Assembly (NCBI GenBank): GCA_046497275.1
Contig: JAWOFX010000186.1
Coordinates: 7,273 to 39,272 of the forward strand
Direction of reading: 5' to 3'
Origin: Promethearchaeia archaeon
Lineage (GTDB): Archaea > Asgardarchaeota > Lokiarchaeia > Sigyniarchaeales > SOKP01
DNA length: 32,000 bases
Position 1 is the stretch's first letter; each line of letters starts with the position of its first letter. Under the pieces are notes generated by a model. The model searched no databases. It was not told where the DNA came from and worked only from the letters and a program-made list of their open reading frames with translations. Of the stretch, positions 1 through 7,871 are shown in pieces. The translations under genes were made by a program, and so were the position numbers.

Positions 1-1
1 A

Positions 2-490
2 AAGATATAATGGAATCGAAATATCATTAAGTATAGCACCAAATATTAATCCAAATGAAACCGCAAAGCCAATATAAATTATCATTAAAATGCTTTTATT
101 TTCCCATTCATCTCCGAAAAAACAAGAAAAATATAATATTATCCCAATAATTCCTAAAAGGATTAATAATATAATACTTCTCCCATAATAAAACACAAAA
201 AACGATAAAATCCCATACGATATGAGAAAAAAAACTATGGATACTGTCAATACGATACTCTTTTTAGACAATTTTCTCTCCTTTGTGTCTTGAGGCAGTT
301 TTAGATACAAGACAAGTAGCATCCCTGCAACAATTACTAGAAAATATATTATTGGTCCAAATACTAGGTTATCGATGAACCAATTATATCCAACATTAAA
401 TCGGCTATTTAATAAACCTAGAATAAGGAAAATTGTTCCTTTAAACCAATTAATTAATTGATATCTTCCGACAAACGCTTTAATTTTAAT
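2..490 (-). CDS. Multi-pass membrane protein, possibly degenerate UbiA prenyltransferase-like; truncated by window start; start codon unclear
   Basis: Manual translation gives 163 stop-free codons (IKIKAFVGRYQLINWFKGTIFLILGLLNS...LIFGAILNDISIPLYL) with several hydrophobic segments. It lies 14 nt downstream of the 505..2610 gene. No ATG/GTG/TTG occurs before codon 58; ATT at 490 has GGTGA 6 nt upstream. The UbiA resemblance is by eye only and the Asp-rich motif is not evident. Confidence 0.55.
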   Translation of the reverse strand, partial: MKIKAFVGRYQLINWFKGTIFLILGLLNSRFNVGYNWFIDNLVFGPIIYFLVIVAGMLLVLYLKLPQDTKERKLSKKSIVLTVSIVFFLISYGILSFFVFYYGRSIILLILLGIIGIILYFSCFFGDEWENKSILMIIYIGFAVSFGLIFGAILNDISIPLYL

Positions 491-504
491 AGTTCATCAC
501 CTTT

Positions 505-2610
505 TTATGCCCCCTCTATTGTTTTATTTGCATTTAAAAAATCAAGAGTTAATTTTTGTCCGTTATATTCTATTATGGTTTGCATACTCCCAAATGTCTG
601 ATTGCAGTATGGACTTTCAAATCGCTCATATGGTCCTAGATCGATTATTTGATCCTCCACCTTCATTTCCCCATCCCAACTTACCCGAATTTTTCCTTTA
701 GAGGGGGAATTGTAAATGATTTCATACCCTATAGATTTTTTTGAGATTCCAATATTTGCATTCAGAATTTTGGCTATAAAATCTTCATAGGAATCGAAAG
801 CATCATCATCAACACTTCCTAATTCAACTATCCATGCATTTTTCTTTCCTTCCGCTCTTAGTTCATAATTGCTTTTCCACTCTGTTGGGTTATTTGAATA
901 TAAAGCTACGAAGCTGTCATTTCGCCGTCCAAATACCCAATTGTTTGATTTATTCCATTCATTAAAAGCCCAACGTGGGAAATATGCGTGTGTATATGAT
1001 TTCTCTCCTAAAAATTCTTGAACTAATTCTAATATAAGCGATTGAGCGCGTCGGTCATATTGGATAATACCCACATTTTCATATAAAGTCGCACGGGGTT
1101 TCCAACCACTCGTGAATTTTTGATCACTAGCACTAAGGGCACTTGGAGAGCTAGTAAATATAGTAGCATTTCCGTCCAAGCAAGCTTGCCAGATAAGTTC
1201 TTGAAGACCATTCATTCCTTTTTGATGATCCTGGACCCCAGACAATTGGTAATAGGGAGTTTTATATGTATAGGTGTTAGCAGTCTCGAGGGACACACCC
1301 TGAGTGATATCCTTTATTATATGACTAAAATCTTTCAGAGAAGTTCCATAAATAGTGGCTCCAATATCAAATAAATCAACAAAAGCTTCATCGTTAAATA
1401 TCAATGCGGGATCTAACTCATAAGTATTCATAATTCTTAAAGAAGATTCTAATACTGGAGGAGCTGCAGGAGCAGACATTGGCCACCAAAACATAAGATC
1501 TGATTCGGTTTCATATCCAAATCCATAATTAGGACCCTCTGAGATATCTATATTATTCCTTGATTTATGAATATGGGTATTTGTATTTGCGGTCGCATTT
1601 GCTATATCTTCTAATATTTTAGGAGTGAAATAATTCCCTGTTGCCATAAATACGGCAGCCCCGTTTTCTCCAGTAGTTATATCATCTGATCCAATACCAA
1701 GCATCAACCAAGCTGGTTCTGCAGTTGACTCTTTTTCGGGAGGATTAGATGCGGAAGTACCTACTTGTTTTTCATCCTCAGTTCTTCCGTGGGCAGTGGC
1801 ATAAAAACCTTTATAATAATTATTTGCAAAATCAAATCCGATTAAATCAATTAGCATTTCTGCTTTTTTTTGAATGGTAGTATTCTGAGCGAAATCCACC
1901 AAATTTAATAAAGCAGTTAAATCAAGGCGATAATAAATATTTGAATGCCACTCTGCAAACCCAAACTTAGCTCTCCAATCAAGCCAACGGTTCACTAAAG
2001 GAAGAGCATGTTCGATATGTTGGGATCCATTCCATCCTGAATTAGGAAATATGGTATTAGGAAATAATTGACCAGCTAATAATTCCGCCGTATGGAATAA
2101 GATCATATGATTTTCAGTCCAAAAGATCATCTCATCTGGACCTGATTCTGTAAACCAATACTTAAAATTTAAAATGGCATCTTTTATGCTATCATTCAAG
2201 CCAGAGGGGATATTATATTTGCCAAGATCTAAATACATCATTCTTAGTAATGTATTCATATCAAAATCCGAACAATCTTCTCTGATATTGATTTTATCGA
2301 GGGATTGGTTGATCCTTGCTTCATTATATTCTGTCTCATTCAGATATACTTTGGCACATTGAGCATTAAATCCATCGCTATTATTTGCTAAATCCAAATA
2401 CATATCTTTACGTTCCGTAAAATTTAAATCAGAGAGATAATACGAGGATGGATTCGCAAAATCATCAAGATCAGTATTTATCTCCCCTTCTTTAATTATA
2501 CCAGACGGTTTTGGAATCAAAGTAGGTATAAATATTATAATTGGCATAAGCACTAATATTACTGCGATAATAAGAAGTTGAATGTATTTTTTCATCTTTT
2601 TTAACACCAA
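505..2610 (-). CDS. Membrane-anchored/secreted protein (~700 aa), possibly heparinase II/III- or alginate-lyase-like fold; likely start ATG 2595
   Basis: Long ORF with N-terminal MKKYIQLLIIAVILVLMPIIIFIP anchor and motifs FWTENH, GFAEWHSNIYY, HGRTE, YQLS. Helical N-half and beta-rich C-half. The fold call is from pattern recognition only. Confidence 0.6.
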   Translation of the reverse strand: MVLKKMKKYIQLLIIAVILVLMPIIIFIPTLIPKPSGIIKEGEINTDLDDFANPSSYYLSDLNFTERKDMYLDLANNSDGFNAQCAKVYLNETEYNEARINQSLDKINIREDCSDFDMNTLLRMMYLDLGKYNIPSGLNDSIKDAILNFKYWFTESGPDEMIFWTENHMILFHTAELLAGQLFPNTIFPNSGWNGSQHIEHALPLVNRWLDWRAKFGFAEWHSNIYYRLDLTALLNLVDFAQNTTIQKKAEMLIDLIGFDFANNYYKGFYATAHGRTEDEKQVGTSASNPPEKESTAEPAWLMLGIGSDDITTGENGAAVFMATGNYFTPKILEDIANATANTNTHIHKSRNNIDISEGPNYGFGYETESDLMFWWPMSAPAAPPVLESSLRIMNTYELDPALIFNDEAFVDLFDIGATIYGTSLKDFSHIIKDITQGVSLETANTYTYKTPYYQLSGVQDHQKGMNGLQELIWQACLDGNATIFTSSPSALSASDQKFTSGWKPRATLYENVGIIQYDRRAQSLILELVQEFLGEKSYTHAYFPRWAFNEWNKSNNWVFGRRNDSFVALYSNNPTEWKSNYELRAEGKKNAWIVELGSVDDDAFDSYEDFIAKILNANIGISKKSIGYEIIYNSPSKGKIRVSWDGEMKVEDQIIDLGPYERFESPYCNQTFGSMQTIIEYNGQKLTLDFLNANKTIEGA

Positions 2611-2854
2611 ATTTATTAGATTTTTTATTAGATTTTGAGTTTTTTAATAAAAAATTAAAATTATTGTTGTTAATCATTATTTTTGATACAGAACCTAATA
2701 AATTTTTTTTTAATGTTTAATAATCCAAATAAATTTTGACAGAACTTTTGGTTGTACTTTATTTTCTAAAAATTTTTAGCTCATTAAAATTACTTATAAG
2801 GAAGAGATCTTTATAAAACCTGATTTAAACATTAATACAATGAAAAATAAATAT

Positions 2855-2871
2855 AAAAAAAGATAAAAAAA
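2855..2871 (-). terminator. Oligo(T) archaeal terminator after fdhB-like gene
   Basis: Minus strand reads TAG-TTTTTTT-ATC-TTTTTTT immediately after the stop codon. Confidence 0.55.
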
Positions 2872-4020
2872 CTACGTTTTCTCTAATTCCATCTCTCTAA
2901 TTGCCTTACCACTTCTAAATGGGGTATCTTCAACCGATTCTCCTGCGCGATACTTAAATTCCTTTTGAAACTGCTCATTTAGAGACTGAAAAATTAGCGA
3001 AAGTGGTATATTCATAGGACAATTATTCGCACAATTTCCACATTCTACACATCGATCAGCAACATGGGCAATGCGCGTTAACTGATAACTTACATTATCA
3101 ATATTTTTTTCCTTCCGCTTTTTCTGAAGGATACAATCGACGCAATAACATACTGGACAGCCCCTAATACACATTCCGCACATAGTGCATTTCTGAAGCT
3201 GTTCCAGTTTTTCCTTTTGAGATAATTTATTCCATTCTTCGAGATCCTTCGCTCGTTTTTCTTCTGCAGTCTTAAGAATCTCAGCCATTTTGTCTTCATG
3301 TGCTTTTTTAATATCACTTGGTAGTTTTTCAGCCTTAATTCCTGATTTATCGATTAATTCGCCTGCAGCATCACTATGAACTTTTAAGATAATATTTTCA
3401 TCTTCAATAGGAATTCCAATATCACTAATAGAAATGTCTGCGATTATAGGTTGCTTTCGAATACATCTCGAGCAATTATCAGCAATTTCGATTCCTACTT
3501 GTTTTGTCTTTCCATCATCAAGTAAAAATAATAATCCATCATCCGTGATTTTCTCCTTTACGATTTTTGTGGTATCAAGATCCTTCTCGCTTCGAAGTTC
3601 CCGTGAGACATTTAATGTCATTCCGCGATCTTCAATTCCAATGATAAATAAGTTATCTAAATTCACTTGTTTTATTTTGCTCAATTCTATTAATGCTCTT
3701 GTATCGCAAGGTCGAGCTATTAAAGCGATTTTCTCATTTTTCGCTCCATCTGCGCTTGCATGTAAGAATTTAGAGGCAGAATCCGTTCGGGCGTATCCAT
3801 AGGTAATTAAATTAGACACGGGAAAACTTTCAATCTCCTCGGGTTTTTCCCATAATTTTGGAGAGATTGAAAATCGATCTACTTCACCGGATTTTTTACT
3901 TACTTTTACTTCTGCGCCGATTATTTTATCAACCATTCCCTCTTTCAATAAGGTCTTTAACAATGTAGGGAAGTCTTTTTCTTTTATGAGATATTCTGCT
4001 TGTGTTTCCACAGCTTTCAA
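2872..4020 (-). CDS. FdhB-like F420-interacting iron-sulfur flavoprotein (FrhB/FdhB family with C-terminal 2x[4Fe-4S])
   Basis: Motifs IARPCDTRALIEL, CSRC, CTMCGMCIRGCPVCYCVDC and RCVECGNCANNCP are typical of methanogen FdhB. TTG start. Confidence 0.8.
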   Translation of the reverse strand: MKAVETQAEYLIKEKDFPTLLKTLLKEGMVDKIIGAEVKVSKKSGEVDRFSISPKLWEKPEEIESFPVSNLITYGYARTDSASKFLHASADGAKNEKIALIARPCDTRALIELSKIKQVNLDNLFIIGIEDRGMTLNVSRELRSEKDLDTTKIVKEKITDDGLLFLLDDGKTKQVGIEIADNCSRCIRKQPIIADISISDIGIPIEDENIILKVHSDAAGELIDKSGIKAEKLPSDIKKAHEDKMAEILKTAEEKRAKDLEEWNKLSQKEKLEQLQKCTMCGMCIRGCPVCYCVDCILQKKRKEKNIDNVSYQLTRIAHVADRCVECGNCANNCPMNIPLSLIFQSLNEQFQKEFKYRAGESVEDTPFRSGKAIREMELEKT

Positions 4021-4152
4021 CTCGTAATCTTTATAATTTTATAATTTTGAAAAATAATTTATGGTGAGAAACATAAATTCTTAGTTCATATACGTTTCGT
4101 TTCTATTATTTTCCAATTTGATTTTTTATTTTTTAATTTTATTAAATACTTT

Positions 4153-4226
4153 ATGTGTTTAAATGGGGCTTCCATTTCTTCAACAAGATTCTCATTTTTT
4201 CAACCTTGTCTCATTAGGACACACAT
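4153..4226 (-). promoter_or_regulatory. SECIS element, eukaryote-like (kink-turn AUGA...GA core, apical A-run)
   Basis: Minus strand: AUGUGU-gucc-ua-AUGA-GACAAGGUU-gAAAAAAugag-AAUCUUGUU-GA-ag-AAAUGG-aagcc-CCAUUU-aa-ACACAU. GACAAGGUU pairs fully with AAUCUUGUU (two G-U). AA starts 10 nt after AUGA and a GA follows the 3' strand directly. AUGUGU/ACACAU closes the base. It starts about 6 nt after the vhuD stop. Confidence 0.85.
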
Positions 4227-4232
4227 TTAATT

Positions 4233-4652
4233 TTATGAGGAGCTTTCTTTTAAAGGATTTCCACCCAATCCTTTAATAGTATTATAGAATTCTGTGGCTA
4301 CTTCTTTAAACCTTGCGCCTTCAGCAGAACTGCAAAATTCCATTCTAAGTCTCTCAGGTGCGATTCCTGCTGAATTTAACACATCTTTTAGATATTCTAC
4401 GCTACGATACGCAAATTTATTTCCTGTCTCGTAATCACACTCTCCTGGATGTCAGCCGACGATTAATACCCCATCAGAACCCCTTCCGAATGCGCGCATA
4501 ACAAGATCTGCTCCAACTCGTCCGGTACATGGAACAATAATTATTCTATATGCTGTTGGATATTGGGCGCGAATTGTGCCTGCCATATCAGCTCCTCCGT
4601 ATCCTCATTTTCTACAACAAAATGCGATTATCTTAATTCCATTATTTGTCAT
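4233..4652 (-). CDS. vhuD: Selenocysteine-containing MvhD/VhuD-type [2Fe-2S] protein (139 aa, Sec16 and Sec67)
   Basis: Absent from ORF track. MTNNGIKIIAFCCRK(U)GYGGADMAGTIRAQYPTAYRIIIVPCTGRV...GVLIVG(U)HPGECDYETGN...RLRMEFCSSAEGARF...GGNPLKESSS*. TGA at 4605-4607 and 4452-4454 match Cys in the in-window paralog (FCCNWCSYAGAD; TGCHIGDCHY). TAA stop. GAGGT upstream of the ATG. Confidence 0.93.
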
Positions 4653-4665
4653 TTTATTTACCTCT

Positions 4666-6624
4666 TTACTCTGCAATAGGTAGTAATGCATCAATAAATG
4701 CATCATATTGATTATCTTTATAATGTGCTAATTCTATAGCTTTTGAAGGACACAAGGATTCACAAATTCCGCATCCTCTACAGCTAATGATATCCACTTC
4801 TATTAAGTTTTTTCCATTGATTGAAATCGCACCGTAAGGACATGCCTCAACACATTTATAACATTTCGCACATCGTTCATCATTTGGTTGAGCTCGAATT
4901 AGCTCTATTATGTATTCCTCGTTTTTCATCGGGATACTTGCTTCAGAGGCTGCTCCTTTTGCTTGACTTACCGTAAGGTCTATTGATTTTTGGGCTTGAC
5001 AAGAACCCGCAATATAGATTCCCGGAGTTTTTGTTGATATGGGATCTAATCGTGGATGTGCTTCTTTTAGAAAGCCATCCGGAGTCTTTTCCAAATTCAT
5101 CACTTTAGCAATTTCATCTGTACCTTTAGATGGAAGTGATGCTGAAGAGAGTATCACCATATCAAATTCTTTTTCAATGATTGTATCTGTTCCCACCGGT
5201 TCTAATTTAACTATGAGATTTTTTGTTTCGGGATCTTCTTGTATATCTCCCACCATTCCTTTTACAAATAATATGCCTTGATTTCGTGCCCGCCGATAAT
5301 ATTCTTCATACATCTTACCACCAGCACGAATATCTATATAGCATACCATTATCTCAGAATCGGGATACTCTGATTTGATAAGCTTGGAATTTTTTATCGA
5401 AAGATTGCAGCACACCACGCTACAATATTCATGTGTTTTTAAACTTCTCGATCCCACGCAATTAATGAAGAGTATCCTTTTAGGTCGTTCTCCATCAGAT
5501 GGTCGTTTTAAATGTCCTAGTGTTGGTCCGTTTGGTGCGATTATTCGTTCCAATTGTACTTGTGTTATAACGTTATCATATATTCCATACCCATAATCAT
5601 CTCCTTGGTAAAGATCCCAACCAGTTGCAATTATTATTGTTCCTACTTCTAACTCAACAATTTCATCTTGTTGACTAAAATCAATCGATTCATTATCACA
5701 AGCGTCTACACATGCAAAACATTCTACACATGAATCTCGTTCAATGTTAGAAATTGCAGGAACTGCTTGCGCAAATGCAATATCAATACATTTTCGAGCA
5801 GAAAGGTTCTCGTCAAAATAGTTTGGCACATATATAGGACATACATCAGTACAAGATCCGCACCCAGTTCAAAGTGTTTCATTAACATATCGCGCTTTGC
5901 GTTTTACTTTCACGTTAAAATTCCCAATATATCCATCTACATCTACAACTTCACTATATGATAAAATTTCGACGTTTTTATTACGCTCAACTTCTAGCAT
6001 TTTAGGTCCCAAGATTCAGATACTGCAATCATCAGTTGGAAATGTTCTATCAAGTTGAGCCATTCTTCCTCCTATGGTAGTCTCTTTCTCCACTAAGTAC
6101 ACTTTATATCCCTCATTTGCTAAATCTAGTGCAGCATTTATTCCCCCAATTCCACCACCGATTACTAGAGCCTCTGGTTTTACGGATACTTTTTTCGTTG
6201 GAATATCTTCTAATAACCTAGACCTTCCAATACCTGCTTTAACTAATTCAATTGCTTTCTCTGTTGCCTCCTCTCGTACATCGGGATCTTGATGAACATA
6301 AGAACATTGCTCTCTTATATTAACAAATTCAAGATGTCTTGGTGGCAAACCTGCTTCTTTCAAAATATCCATAAATACTGGTTCATGAGTAAGAGGAGTT
6401 CAAGCTGCTAAAACTATTCTATCAAAACCTTTTTCTGCGATCTGTTCTTTCATGAATTCTGCGCCACCAGACGTACACATGTTTAGATATTCGTATGCGT
6501 TTACATTCTCTTCTTTATCAATCTCTTCGACAATCTTCGGTACATCGAGTATTCCTGCCACGTTTACACCTCAGCGACAGATAAAAGCTCCTACGTTTTC
6601 CTTGGTCTGTTCATCATCAGACAT
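4666..6624 (-). CDS. hdrA: Selenocysteine-containing heterodisulfide reductase subunit A (652 aa, Sec18, 75, 203, 252)
   Basis: The ORF-track fragments 6016..6372 and 4666..5829 join in one frame from ATG 6624. TGA at 6571-6573 (FICR-U-GVNVAG), 6400-6402 (LAA-U-TPLTHEP), 6016-6018 (TDDCSI-U-ILGPK) and 5869-5871 (ETL-U-TGCGSCTDVCP), all at conserved Cys positions. FAD motif GGGIGG, CVGSR and CSVVCC, C-terminal ferredoxin domain. AGGAGGT at 6654-6648. Confidence 0.95.
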
Positions 6625-6906
6625 TTTTCTCACTCTTAGAAAGTAATACCTCCTAATATCTTGAGATTTACTTGTTTTTGATTTATAATTATTATTAGTA
6701 TTTATTTTAATTGGTAAAATTAAGATTTGTTCTTAAAATTTGTTCTTATCAAGAATCATTGAATTCTTTAAAATTATCGATATTTCATAATCATCAATCC
6801 AGTAAGATAAAGTCTGAATTTTTTGGCTTTATTTAACTTGAGGATCTTTTTCTGAATTTTTGATCTATTCCATATTTTTTTAATTTGACCTTTCCTATAA
6901 AGTATT

Positions 6907-7230
6907 ATGGAAATTATTGCGATGGGAGAATTACGTGCCTTTTTGAAGGATCAACTCTCAAATTGGAAAGATCCGGTCATCTTCATTAGTTCAGATTTTA
7001 TCCCTGGATGTCCGAAATGTAATAGTAATGCAACTGTTTATTATATTAAATTAACTGAAAGAATATCGATTCCGAATGAACAGAATGTAATAAAAGCAGA
7101 GAAGCATAAATTTCCAATTGATATTTATGTGAAATATCCTTTCATGAAGGGAATACCTCAGAAAATAGTTATAGGGACAAGAGATTCGAGGGGTGGTTTA
7201 GAAATGATTCTAAGACGTGTGATTGATTGA
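6907..7230 (+). CDS. Small hypothetical protein with a CxxC (CPKC) motif
   Basis: 107-aa ORF divergent from hdrA with plausible composition; no family recognised. Confidence 0.6.
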   Translation: MEIIAMGELRAFLKDQLSNWKDPVIFISSDFIPGCPKCNSNATVYYIKLTERISIPNEQNVIKAEKHKFPIDIYVKYPFMKGIPQKIVIGTRDSRGGLEMILRRVID

Positions 7231-7259
7231 ATCTATAGACACAAATATTCAATTAAGTT

Positions 7260-7871
7260 TTATTCGAAGCTTTGATTCTGTTTACTTTTTTGATATTGTT
7301 TTAAGATATTATTTGCGATATCTTGATATTCTGAAATTGCCTTCTGAGAAAATTCTTCTAATAATTTTTCAAAATCCTTTTTCACATTTGCCCATGCTAT
7401 TCTATAATTCAAATAATCCCAATCAATGGAATCAGAGTTTGCAATTAAAATTTGAATAATATCATCAATATCTATCAAAGTTCGATCGGATCTTGCTAGT
7501 TTTGTTAATATGAAATCTTCAATTGATAGAACTCTTATATTTTTGTCGATATGAAATGTTCTCTCTCTCATTTTTTGATCCCAGTCAAATTTATCGCATG
7601 GTTTTAACCAAATCTCAGCTTCATTTTTTTTTCCAAATATTGTGAATAGATCATGATTTATTTTGGGATTTTGTTGTGTTTGAATCCCATATTTAGAGAG
7701 AGTCTCAACTAGTCTATTTAATTTTTTTTGAGATTCAACATATATAGCTATATCTATATCTAATGTAGTTCTACCGACATTATAAGCTGGGAGAGCTAAT
7801 CCACCTATAAGAACGGAGGTAATATTAAGTTTAGATCCAATATTAAAAAAGAGCTCAGTTAGACTCATCAT
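7260..7871 (-). CDS. Nucleotidyltransferase (Pol-beta superfamily, AbiEii/DUF6036-like MNT)
   Basis: Motifs VLIGGLALPAYNVGRTTLDIDIAI (GG...TxDID) and SIEDFILTKLARSDR...DIDDI. Confidence 0.8.
   Translation of the reverse strand: MMSLTELFFNIGSKLNITSVLIGGLALPAYNVGRTTLDIDIAIYVESQKKLNRLVETLSKYGIQTQQNPKINHDLFTIFGKKNEAEIWLKPCDKFDWDQKMRERTFHIDKNIRVLSIEDFILTKLARSDRTLIDIDDIIQILIANSDSIDWDYLNYRIAWANVKKDFEKLLEEFSQKAISEYQDIANNILKQYQKSKQNQSFE

Noticed and set aside
4595-4655. Second SECIS-like AUGA...GA at the vhuD start (AUGAcaaauaaug...cauuuuguuguaGA) that could serve hdrA
   Set aside because: The pairing is bulged, the GA is not adjacent to the helix end and the apical A spacing does not fit; it is better explained by coding sequence.
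4233-6624. Pseudogene or sequencing-error explanation for the broken hdrA/vhuD
   Set aside because: All six interruptions are TGA (never TAA/TAG), all fall on conserved Cys, there are no frameshifts, and a SECIS follows.
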